Below, one piece after another: positions 27,344-40,447 of a stretch of 64,000 nucleotides of DNA. The stretch lies in NCBI RefSeq assembly GCF_009914755.1, contig NC_060942.1. One strand, given 5' to 3'. Source of the DNA: the human T2T-CHM13v2.0 reference genome, Homo sapiens. Made by a program: the position numbers and the translations under genes. Each line of letters starts with the position of its first letter. Position 1 is the stretch's first letter. Below the pieces are notes generated by a model. It searched no databases and was not told where the DNA came from. It worked only from the letters and a program-made list of their open reading frames with translations.

Positions 27344-28353
27344 ATATTTTGGTTCTGGGGTGTCCAGCTCCAGAGTTCATGCTCTTACCTACTACTGTAT
27401 ACTGTTTCTCCATGCTGAATCTTTTTATGAGAAATATATAAAATAAGTGGATTCTTTAAAGTTTGTATAGCCCCACAGGAAAATGTTATCTCCATTTCCT
27501 AGAGAAAATAAGAACGTACTTGTATATTTCTTTTGTAAACATCATTATTGAGATATAATTTATATTCCATAAAAGTTATCCCTTTAAAATGTATAATTTA
27601 ATGGCTTATAGTATATTCACACAGTTGCAGAGCCATCACTATGATCTAAGTTCGGAATATTTTCATCATGCCCAAAGAAGCCCTGTCAATTCTTCTGTCA
27701 ACTCCCTAACCTTCCCCTGCCCACCCTAGACAGCCACTCTGTCTCTATAGATTTACTTATTTTGGATTTTTCACATTAATGGAATCATATAATATATAGC
27801 CTTTGTACTGAGTTATTTCACTTAGTATAATGTTTTCACAGTTTATATTGTAACATATATCTGTACTTCTTTCCTTTTTGTGGCTGAATAATATTCCACT
27901 GTATGAATAGACAGCATTTGGCTAACTATTCATCAGTTGATGGATATTTGTGTTATTTCCACTTTGGGTTATTGTGAATAATACTTTTATGAATGTTTCT
28001 GTACAGGTTTTTGTATAAATATGTTTTCATTTTTCTTGGGAGGAGTGGAATTGCTGGATCACATGGTAACTTTATGTTTAAACTTTTAAGAAATTTCCAG
28101 ACTGTTTTTTATAGTGGCTGCACCATTTGACACTTCCGTTAGCAGTATGTGAGGGTTCCAATTTCTCCACATACTTGCCAACACTTGTTATTACCCATCT
28201 TTTTTATTATAGCCATTCTAGTGAGTGTGAAGTGGTATCTTACGTGGTTTTGATTTGCATTGATTAATGAGATTGAGTGTATTCTTACATGTTTATTGGC
28301 CATTTGTGTATCTTCTTTGGAGAAATGTCTATTAAAATCCTTTACCCCTTTAA

Positions 28354-28818
<465 letters not shown>

Positions 28819-29079
28819 TTATTGGTGACTTTACGATAGTTTTTAGAATACACTCTGGATACCAGATTCTTTATTGTAAACAATATTTGCAGATATTTTC
28901 TATCATTCTGCAGGTTGTCTTTTCATTTTCTTGGTGGTGTCCTCTGAAGGATAAAAATTCTAAATTCTTATAAAGTCAAATTTGTCCTTTTCAAGAAACT
29001 CTTGTTTCTTGTGCTTTTGGTGTTACATCTAAGAAACCACTGTCCTATACAAGACCACAAAGATTTGCACCTATGTATG

Positions 29080-29724
29080 TGTGATGGTTAATACTGAGTG
29101 TCAACTTGATTGGATTGAAGGATACAAACTATTGATCCTGGGTGTGTCTGTGAGGGTGTTGCCAAAAGAGATTAACATTTGAGTCACTGGGCTGGGGAAG
29201 GCGGATCTACCTTTAATCTGGTGGGCACAATCTAATCAGCTGCCAGGGAATATAAAGCAGTCAGAAAAACATGAAAATGAGAGACTGGCCTAGGCTCCCA
29301 GCCTACATCTTTCTCCAGGGCTGGATGCTTCCTGCCCTCCAACAAGGGACTCCAAGTTCTTCAGTTCTGAGACTCAGACTGGCTCTTGTTGCTCCTCAGC
29401 TTGCAGATAGCCTATGGTGGGACCTTGTGATTGTGTAAGTTAATACTTAATAAACTTCCCTTTATATATATATCTCATATATATGTGCACATAAAATGCA
29501 AAAAATCAAGAAGTTTGAAAAACAAAATGCAGGTGAGGATGCAGATTGATGGGGAGACTCATGCTTTTTACAGTAGAGTGTTAGTTGATACAACTATTAT
29601 ATATATCATATATATGATATAACTATATCATATATATGATATATATATGTAAAGGGAAGTTTATTAAGTATTTTATATATATATATCTCCTACTAGTTTC
29701 GTCTCTCTAGAGAACCCTAATACA
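29080..29724 (+). mobile_element. MLT2A (HERV-L) solo LTR with a rearranged (TA)n tract
   Basis: tgtgatggttaatactgagtgtcaacttgattggattgaaggatacaaa...ctagagaaccctaataca. Confidence 0.92.
29485..29596 (+). repeat. Dispersed direct copy of 24464-24577
   Basis: About 90% identical by eye: gtgcaca..aaaatgcaaaaaatcaagaagtttga...acagtagagtgttagttgatacaacta. Confidence 0.92.
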
Positions 29725-29784
29725 GCATTCTTCTATGAGTTTTATATTTTAGCTCTTACATTTAGGACTATGATCAACTTTTAT

Positions 29785-29868
29785 GTGCTGGGATTACAGG
29801 CATGAGCCACCGTGCCTGGCCTGGAATTGCTTCTTAATTTCATTAGAAACACAATTATTTTGAATTAA
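29785..29868 (+). repeat. Dispersed direct copy of 30751-30834 (Alu head plus L1 flank)
   Basis: 80/84 identical, ungapped. Confidence 0.95.
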
Positions 29869-30368
29869 AAATTAGTTCATTTTTGTGTATGGAAGTGGTA
29901 CACATTTTTTTTTTTGTATATGAATATCCAGTTTTCTCAGAACCATTTGTGGAAAAGACTATTCCTTCTCCATTAAATGGTCTTGGTATCATGGTAGAAA
30001 AACAATTGTGCATAAATGTATGGGTTCATTTCTGAATTCTCAATTATACTCTATATGTCTATCATTATGCCAGTAGCACACTACTGTCTTGATTATTTCA
30101 GCTGTGTAGTAAGTTTTGTAGTAAATCAGAAAGTGTGAATCCTTCAGCTTCATTTTTCTTCAATATTGTTTTGGCTATACTGGGTCTCTTGCATTTCTAT
30201 GTGAATTTCAGGATTAGCTTGTCAGTTTCTTCCAAAAGGCAGCTCGGGTTTTGATTAGGATTGCATTGAAACTGTAGATCAGTTTGGGGAATATTGCCAT
30301 TTTAACAACATGAATTCTTTAAATCGATGAATTTGGGACGATTTTCTATGTTTTTAGATCTTCTTTAA

Positions 30369-30787
<419 letters not shown>

Positions 30788-33439
30788 TGGAATTGCTTCT
30801 TAATTTCATTAGAAACACAATTACTTTGAATTAATTTTTGAATTTATTGAATTTATATTGAATTAAATGTTCAATTCCTGACATGACCTTTTAACAGGCA
30901 GTTAATGTTTTCATTCTATGGACTTTCCTTCATTTCCAATTTTCTAATCAGTTGAAATTCTGGTGTGATAAATGTAGAAACAGGTCAGCCCTGATGGTGC
31001 TTTTGCAGGTGCTCTATATCTTATCTGAAGGTTAGCCTTGCAGGTTACAATGGACTCTTATAGACCCTGGAACAATGCTTGTGCTTACCCAGGTTCTGCT
31101 TGTAGTGCCACAGGCTTGATTGCTGGAGCCTTTTCATTGTTGTTTGAATTTGCATGTTCAGCCATTGCATTTTCAAAGCAGGAATTATGGTGCCAGGCAA
31201 TCAAGTTTAGAGGTGCTTCTAGCTCCAGCCTGGACCAGAACTCTTAAGATTCCTGTGCTGGAACTGGACATCAGCTCAGTCCCAGTGGTGAGTTTACTTT
31301 TAATATCCTTTAGGTCTCCTTGGCCAGCAGAACTTGGGTCAGCCAATCCTGATCTACTCTGTTTTTCTTAACTTTGAATTTTGGGGAGCAAGTGTTGAGG
31401 TCTTTGTTCCTGCCTTCTTAAAAAGCCTAAAGAAAAATCATTAAACTTGGTGTAACTTCTCCTGCCACAAGTTACACACTGCAAGGGCCTGCCTTTGTCA
31501 GAACATTAAAAAAAAATCTGTTACAGACATTTCTGGAGCAGTGAGTATCTATTAGATAAGAGAGGCCCTTGAAAATTATATTTTGACTAAGGAAGCCCCT
31601 TTCCAAGGTGACTTGCTCTATTCAACTAGACAAAGAAGTGGAGCATGGCTTTGGCACCCCCCATCACACAATGTAAGGTCTTCCATGTGATAAATCATTC
31701 CATTTTATTTTTAAAAATACCATTGCATTGGCTCAGTGCTCTTCAGAGTCTCCAGAGATGTTTCCTTGAACTTCAGAGTTGTGCTTGTGTTTGTGAGTGT
31801 GACAAGTGGACTTGGAAGTTTGCTCATTCACATTCATTTCTCCTACTGTTAAAACTCTCATGTTTCCTTTTCAAAGAGATGGATTATCTCACCTTTTTTT
31901 TAAGTAGTTTTGGTACTCTATGCATTCCATCACATCTTTTTCTTAGACACAATGAAGAGCAGGGCATTTAAAAGTTTACAGAAAACATGCTAAAATAAAA
32001 TGTAGAGCAGCTTGAAAGAGATTCACTTACTCTAAGTGTACCTGTAGACCATGGTAGCTGAGTTATTGTCATATGATACTCGGTAAGCATATCAGGCTGG
32101 CAATCAAAATGCTGAAGCATTGCTTGCAGAAATTAATAGTCCTCAGTATGGGGTTTGGTCTTTACAGTAATGTCAAAGTAGGAAGGATTGTAAGTTCAGC
32201 AGCAGGCTTAAAGCCAGGGTCACCTGTATTAGAATTATATGAAGTATATTTGTAATTGAGAAAGGTTTATTGTACTAATTTTACTAAGATTTATCCTTCC
32301 AGTTACCTGCAATGTGCATTTCCTTCTATTAATGGCTCTCAGCCAGTCTACTGGAGCAAAAACAAACCAACTGATTGGCATTGTAAGAAATTACTTATTT
32401 TTTCTTTAGGAGGAGAGTAGATATTCTGCATGTCTGATTTATGATTATTTATCATGAAAGATTACTGACTATAATAGCCCTAAACAAGCCTCTATTTTCT
32501 GGGTAAGACGTAGAAGGAACTAAATAGCAGACATGGCAGAGAGTTCACTAGGAAGCACTTCAACGGATGGACTTCTTCTGCCAGGGCTTCATTTGCATAT
32601 GGGAGGGCACGGACTAGCAGGATGCAGATCAAGCCCTGTTTTGCCTGCGTCTGAGCTCCTCCTTCCGGCCAGCTGCTGCGCTAGGCACTTAACATACATT
32701 GAAAAAGAAAACTAAAAGCCACATTTTTCTTTCTTTTAAAAACTGTATATATTTAAAGCATACAATATGATGTTTTGATATACATATACATAGTGAAGTG
32801 ATTGCCCTATTTTCCTATTCACAATTTTTCTAGGTCATAATTATGGCTGAACTATTGCTACAAATCTCAATAGATTTAAAGAAAGTAGAAGAGGAAAAGG
32901 AAAACTATTAACCCAAGTGACTATGGGAATACAAAGCATCGGGCTAGTTCATTACCTTTTGTCTTAAAGATAAGAGAGGAGGTTAAAGAATATTAACAAA
33001 CTGATGAACATAAAATGGCAAACAAGAAAGAACATTAGCCAGGGGGAACACATGTCCCTTTAAAATTATACCTATATATATTCTGAATTATTAAATTTAA
33101 ATTATCACTACTTTATCTGCTATTTTATTGCTGAAATTTCTCACAACTTCATTTGCGAATAAACTCTCCTGTGATGGTCTGCCATTTACATAAGCATATT
33201 TATTGGTATCTCCTACGGAGTATAATCTTAACCACAAGGCTATGAATACAGTAAAACTTTACATTTTTGTGAGATACTTTATTTATTCAATTTAAGCTCA
33301 AGAAGTAGATGCAATTTATTAGAAAATGTTACAGAAAAGGAATTAATTCACCTCAATTCCAATGCACATACTGGGATGAATAACTCACTGTTATGACATA
33401 GTCAACTTTATTCTACCACCTTAATATATAAGGGACAAT

Positions 33440-33742
33440 GGCTGGGCTCAGTGGCTCACGTCTATAATCCCAGCACTTTGGGAGACCGAGGCGGGTGCAT
33501 CACTTGAGGTCAAGAGTTCAAGACCAGCCTGGCCAACATGGTGAAACCCCATCTCTACTAAAAATACAAAAAGTTTGCTGGGCTTGGTGGCAGGCACCTG
33601 TAATCCTGACTACTCTTGAGGCTGTAATCTCAGCTACTGTGAAGCGGGAGAATCGTTTGAACCCGGGAGGCGGAGGTTGCAGTGACCTGAGATTGTGCTA
33701 CTGCACTCCAGCCTGGGTGACAGAGTGAGACCCTGTCTCTCT

Positions 33743-33783
<41 letters not shown>
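33440..33783 (+). mobile_element. AluSx-like with a small internal duplication and an A40 tail
   Basis: Alu dimer with ctgtaatc..ctact present twice in the right arm; A run 33744-33783. Confidence 0.92.
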
Positions 33784-33787
<4 letters not shown>

Positions 33788-33830
33788 CACACACACACAC
33801 ACGCGCGCGCATATATATATATATATATAT
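33783..33830. repeat. (CA)n(CG)n(AT)n alternating purine-pyrimidine tract
   Basis: atacacacacacacacacacgcgcgcgcatatatatatatatatatat. Confidence 0.95.
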
Positions 33831-34204
33831 CTTGATCACCAAGCCCACTGCAAACTGCTGCTGTTCATTTTCTCACTTTCTCTTGCCTGGACTATTGTAG
33901 ATTTTCTCACTGACTTTTCTACTCCTAACCTTCCTTTTATATTTGTCCAAAGACTAATCTTTCTCACAATCAGAACCCCTCATATTTTCCCCTTTCTTAA
34001 AACCCTTCAATGACTTTATCCTTGCTTTTAGAATGAAGCACCAGCTCCTTAGGGTATTGTACAAAGTTCTTCACAGCCTTTAATCTCAGATCTCTCTCCC
34101 TTGCCATACACATCTTACTATCCAGACACATCTAAAATACTTGCAGATCTCTGGATGCATTATGATATTTAACATCTTCATGCCTTTCTTCATGTTTCAA
34201 CTGT

Positions 34205-34513
34205 TTTTTTGTTTTGTTTTGTTTTGTTTTTGAGACTGAGTCTTGCCCTGTCACCCAGGCTAGAGTGCAGTGGTGCGATCTCTGCTCACCACAGCCTCTG
34301 CCTCCTGGGTTCATGTAATTCTCCTGCCTCAGCCTCCCAAGAAACTGGGATGACAGGTGTATGCCACCATGCCAGGCTAATTTTTGTATTTTTAGTAGAG
34401 ATGGGGTCTCGCCATATTGGCCAGGCTGGTCTCAAACTCCTGGCCTCAAGCGATCTGCCTGCCTCAGCCTCTCAAAGTGCTGGGATTACAGGCATGAGCC
34501 ACGGCACCCAGCT
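34205..34513 (-). mobile_element. Alu (AluS/J) with a (TTTTG)n tail, inside an L2 fragment
   Basis: Antisense Alu dimer; L2-like flanks (ttgcctggactattgt, cttaaaacccttcaatgact). Confidence 0.9.
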
Positions 34514-35059
34514 GACATTTCATCTTCTTTATGGAATTCCTCTGGACTGACCATTGCCTGGACACTTCTCCACTCTGGGGTTTACCACTACCACGACAGG
34601 CTACTAAAGTGGGTATCTGTTTTTGTCTGTCTGGCACCCTTCCACTTCCTTTAGGATGCTGATCCACTACAATAATGGAACCTGATAATGCTGCCAGTCA
34701 TAGCATCTGTTTTATTGATCGCAGGGGTGGGTATATGACCATGGATATAGGTAATCATGGAGCCTTCTCAGACATAATGATTGACCCAGAATTGGGTATG
34801 TGGCCTAAGCCAGGCTAATCTACGTCTTCCCTGGGATTGGATGCAAACTAGAGACTTTTCCTTGGATCAATAACTTTATAAATGTCACCCCAGAACCTCT
34901 TTTGCCCATTTCTAGACACATGGAGGAGGCTGAAGAATAAAGTTGATGTTGAGAATGAGAAAGAAATGAGAGGTGGGGGAAAAAAAAAAGAAATGAGAGG
35001 TGGAGAGAGAGGCCTGGTGTCATTGAATCTCTGAGATCTACTCTTATTAGCCAGTAGAT

Positions 35060-35245
35060 CTTGGTAAAGCTAATTAATTTCCTTAAGTTTCATATTTTTA
35101 ATCTATAAAATGGGTAAAATAAATGTAATACTAGCTACCTGATAGGGTTCTTATAAAGGTTATGCAAAATAACACATATGAAGTGCTTGGTACACTGCTT
35201 AGCATAGAGTAAATGCTCAATAAATGTTAGTAGTGACTGTTGTTA
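35060..35245 (+). mobile_element. MIR
   Basis: atctataaaatggg...ctacctgatagggtt...gtgcttggtacactgcttagcatagagtaaatgctcaataaatgttag. Confidence 0.85.
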
Positions 35246-36339
35246 TAACTAAGTTGGGAGAGAGTGTCCTCTTTCTTGTTAGTAGTGAAGCAGGGCTTCC
35301 CAGTCGGTATTTAGGCCTATTTATCGCTGACTATGGGCTAATTTTGGGACCATTTCTTTTTCCCCAGTATCTTCTTGGCCCATCGATCAGGCTAGTAACC
35401 ATTTTAACATGACTCACCTTATTCACCTTTACTTCAGTAGCTTTAGACATTTAAATAAATTAAATGTTAGTAAAAATATTTGGAGAACATTTGTATTTAA
35501 TTGTAATGATGTTAAAGTATTTAAACTACTACAGTGCATGCAGAGATGGATCAGTGAAAATGCTTTGTCCATTACTGGAAATCTAATACATGGCAACGCA
35601 AAATAATTTTGATGGTCTCAAGCACTAAATTACTAAGTGGGTATATTATAGTGAAGATATATGTAACAAGGGCATTCTATACCAGTTCAGCCCACTCAGC
35701 AAAATTGCTCCAAGAAGTTGCAATATTTGTGTCTTATTAAAAGACTGACTTCATATTTTTATGGGAAATTGATAAACATTCTTTCTTGGTGCCCTCTTAA
35801 GATCCATATGAATTGTATAATGTTTTAAAGTGGGTGGTCAGTAACCTCATTTCATTTCTCTCTTCTGTGTCTCTGACCCAGCTCTTAAAAAAATGCAGCA
35901 TCAGCATCTCTCTTCTCTTTTCCTTTAGCTTGTCTCAGATTTAAGCAAAATTCCCCCCAAAATCCATTTGTGAAGTAGGGCATGGGGATACATTAATGAT
36001 TTCTGCTATTCATTTTAAATTTTGGCCTGAGATTGACCTGTTTAGCCTGCCTCCAGGAACACCATCATTGGAAAACATTTAAGAGCAGTCTTGATGATGG
36101 AAAAGTAATAGAAGACTCCTATACAATATGAGAGAGCCTGGGTCCTGGTCTTGTTTCTACCATTTGCTGTGTGACCTGGGGTAAGTCCCTCTCCTTTCTG
36201 GGTGTCATTTTCCTCATCTATAAAATGAGAAGGCTTTAGTAGATGCTATCTAATATCCATAACATGGGTGCAATTTATGGCCTAAAGGTGACTTCAATAT
36301 TTCAGAGTCAATATGAATCTGAATTGCTCACCCTTTTCT

Positions 36340-36700
36340 GTGTTTAACTCATCAGAAGGCTTGACTGGGGCTGAAGGATCTACTTTCAATCTCACTCATA
36401 TGGTTTTTGGCAGGTCTCAGTTTCTTTCTAGCTGTTGGCTGGAGACTTCAGTTCCTTATCACATTGGCCTGTCATAGGAGAGAGAGAGAGGGAGAGAGAG
36501 AGAGAGAGAGAGAGAGGTGTGTTAGAGAGAGAGAATGAACATGAGATCTTAAGACTGAAGTCATTGACTTTTTATAACCTAGTATTGGAAGTGACAAAGC
36601 ATTACTTCAGCTGATTGCTATTGGTCACACTGGCCAATCCTGGTACAATGTGGGAGGCAGGGGTCACTGGGGGCTATTTTGAAGGCTTGATATCACACTG
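36340..36700 (-). mobile_element. MaLR LTR fragment (MLT1F/H-like) containing (GA)n at about 36478-36534
   Basis: ggcttgactggggctgaaggatctacttt...ggaagtgaca...ctattggtcacactggccaatcctggtacaatgtgggagg. Confidence 0.7.
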
Positions 36701-38070
36701 TGAGCCTTTAGATATCTAACTTCTTTCAGCCTCACCTTCCCTTCTACTTAATGGGAACAAAATTACTGTCTAGAGATGCTGACTTCATAGGGTTTTACTG
36801 AGGATCTAGTGAAATGATAGATGAAAAAACCCTTTACAACTATAAAATACGTTGGGTGAAAAATTTGATGTCATAGATCTGGAGGGGAGATCTGAAAGTC
36901 AAAGAGAGGGAAGAATTACAGTCTTATAAAGGGAGAAACATGGGTTCTCTTAGGTCACAAACCCTTTCCCCCACCACACACTTCTAAGCTCCCCTAGGGC
37001 TTGACTAATTGAGACCATATGGAGTTTGGGGTTAGTTTGTTTATTTATTTACTTATTTTTTGCATAATAAGCTTTTTGTTTCCAAGAAAAATAACTGAAA
37101 AAATGAGTTTCAATACAAGGTTTGAAAAGTTTGGAGACATTAACTTGTTCTCACCATACAACTTGTTAACTGGTCAATTGTCCATGAATTAAAATAATAT
37201 GGATTCAATTTTACTGAAGTGATACATAGCTTGGAAAAACATTTTGGGTTGCACTGAATTTAAGGACATTGAATGGTGCAATCTAAGAAAAATTGCCTTC
37301 TGTCCTGAGCTCACATAACCTATCGAGGTCAGCATCAAGGACCATCTACAGGCAAAATGTTCCTGTCTACACACTGGCTGGTCTCATTTCTCATTTGCAC
37401 ATATTGAGCCACCTCTTGACAGCTGTTGCTACACCAATAGGATTTATAATGGAGATGAGAACCCAATGCTGAGAGTGTAATGTCTGAGGTCCTCTGTTGA
37501 GCCTGCAACACATCCCTCTGTGTTACAGCAGAAGGACCCCATCCCCTCCCTGCATGAACGGATATATGGCGGAAGGACCCCATCCCCTCCCTGCAGGCAC
37601 AGATAGACTATAGCTGTATATAGAACAGTGGTGGGGTTGGTCGAATGCCATAAGACACACATGCTTAAGCAGAACAAAGGGGTACACATGGAGTCTGAAA
37701 CAGGGCAAAGCATTCCCACACAAGGTGATAAGTCCAGTGCAGCCTGTGAGGACTCCTTTTCTCTTTGTAAGGAAGTGTTTTAGGCCCAAGTCCAGTTCTT
37801 GCACAGCCCAGAGGAGGTTGAAATGCTGTGCACATAAGACTGCTTTTCCCAACGACTTTATTTCGTCAGACCAGCTTCCTTAAAGCAGGACACATATGCA
37901 TGGGAAACCCTGGGCTCCGATCCTTACCGCAGAAAATGGGGACTCTGTCCCAGGTTCATTTGAAAAGCACAGAAGGACGGTGATTGATATTGCTTGTTAT
38001 AAACATCCACCCGTGGTCCTTGTGCTTTAAAGAAGGCAGTCTCATACTGGTGGCTTGACTCTCATCTCTT

Positions 38071-38360
38071 TTTTTTTTTCGAGACAGGGGCTAGCTCTGT
38101 CACCCAGACCACAGCGCAGTGGAATGATCATAGTTCACTGCAGCCTCAGCCTACTGGGCTCAAACGATCCTCCTGCATCAGCATCCTCAGTAGCTTGGAC
38201 TACAGGTGCATGCCACCACACCCAGCTAATTTTTAAATTTTTAGTAGAGACGAGGTCTTGCTATGTTGCCCAGGCTGGTCCTGAAATCCTGGACCCAAGT
38301 GATTCTCCTGCCTCAGTCTCTCACAGTGCTGAGATTACGGGAATGAGCCACCATGGCTGG
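38071..38360 (-). mobile_element. AluJ
   Basis: atcatagttcactgcagcctc...ggctcaaacgatcctcc; degenerate TSD tgactctcatctctt/tgaccctagtctctt. Confidence 0.9.
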
Positions 38361-38821
38361 TGACCCTAGTCTCTTGTAGAAGTGACTCATCCTATTCCTA
38401 TGAGAGAGTAGAGGAGGATAATTATGAATGAAGTGTTACATCAAAAGTGGATCATAGAGGTCCCTGAATATCAGGTAAAAATGTTAGATTTTTTCAGGAG
38501 ACACAGAACCATGTGAGATATTTGAAAAGGGAAGTGACATGATCAGAGCTGAGTTTAGGAAGATTAGTTTGATAAGATTGAACAGAAAGTAGAAGGGATG
38601 GGTAATGGTGAAGTAGGTAATTTTGCTAAAATATCCACTCTGTTCAAACAACTAAAATAGCTGGAAAATCTAAAAATCATTTTCTTTTATGTGTCAGAGA
38701 ATGAAAAAGGTAGTCAGGAACTATGGGCTAAGATCTCGGTGGAGATGAGAAACTAGAGAGATGAGATCATCATCCAAGACTACTTTGTTCTTGAGCATTT
38801 ACTGAACTTGAAAAGATATAT

Positions 38822-40045
38822 TCTGTCAGTTGTTTTTCCTCTTGGCTCTCAGCTCCATTTCATCTCTTTGCTTTGTATCTCAGGGCAACAAGCCTGAAAA
38901 CTACTTTTCCCAGACTTTCTTGCCAGCTGAGTTCTAGTTAGGTTCTGGCAATGGGAAACACTAGAGGAAGACTGAAAATGGAAGAAAGGGATGAGAATAT
39001 AACAGTGAACCCAGACTGAGAAAGTAACAATCTGTCCTGCCATTCAACAGGCTAGGGCAACAGCCACAGTTAAAGCCTTGATAGGTCCTGGATTCTTAAT
39101 GTTTTTCTCTCTAGTTCCAGAAAGCTGCCAAAGTGTAAAGTTAATGGGAAACAATATTTCTCTAAGGCCATGCTGCAGTTGTATAGTGTCATAATATCTT
39201 CTTTAAATCACCACTGCTTTCCTACTCATTGGAAAATACCTTTTCCAAAAATCATTTGTGGTTTGAAATTATATCTATAAGAATAAAACACATCTCAGTT
39301 TTGCCTGAAGGATCTGAGCCTCTTTGATATAGAGAAGCAAACTTGATATCCAATCTGTATGCTGAGTTTCAGATAAGTGATTTCTAGACACAACATACCA
39401 CATGTATCTTAACTTTTTAGTTTCGAAGGAAACAGGACTCTGATCCACTTTGCAGTCCAGATATGATATTGACCCTTTACACACAGCCTTGTTTTGCTTT
39501 GAGCCTATTCAAACACTGCTTCACTTTAATTTCATCTAAACTGTACACTTCTCCCAAATCCTGTAATAACGCTGTCTTTCCTGGTGTTTGGTGAGATGCT
39601 CCATGGTTCCTCTGGTGTTTCCCTCGTTGCAACAGACGAATAAATCTGTCTTTTTCGAACTATAGCGTTGCCCCCGTGGTCTTAAGTTGATTGGACGAGG
39701 AGAGAAAAAAGCCATTTTTCCACTTCTGACAGTGACTTATTGTAGGCTCCAACAACTTTGGTGTTGGTTTCTGCAGCATTGATGGGGTTAACTCCTGAGC
39801 TTCTTAGAAGCGGTAGGTCATTTTCAGTAGCAGTGCCAGGAGCAGTGGCAATCGTGTGGGCTGGTGGACTACAACCCAGGGGTTAAGGTGACTTCTTGAT
39901 CTCTGGGTGATATTTCCTTTCCCTTTCACTTCTCCAGTTCTTGCAACATTTTTACTACCAATTCTCTGATTATAAACAACTAAATCCTTCTCTGCTAGAA
40001 ATATAGGGTGGTTTCATTTTTCTCAATGGTCACTAGCTGATACAG
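38822..40045 (+). mobile_element. ERVL-type LTR (LTR33/LTR41-like) interrupted by a probable ERV1-type LTR (about 39135-39697)
   Basis: ctgaaaactacttttcccagactttcttgccagctg...ttaggttctggcaatggg and terminal ...taaatccttctctgcta...ctgataca. The inner block starts tgtaaag and has aataaa near its end. Confidence 0.5.
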
Positions 40046-40117
40046 TATCTAAGGTTCTGAGCTGCACTTTGGCAGCTTTCTGAGACTAGAGTGAAAAACA
40101 ATAAGAATTCAGAACCT

Positions 40118-40447
<330 letters not shown>

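Noticed and set aside
31002-31036. Micro-exon-like ttgcag...gaag/gttag
   Set aside because: Weak splice signals and no neighbouring exons to support it.
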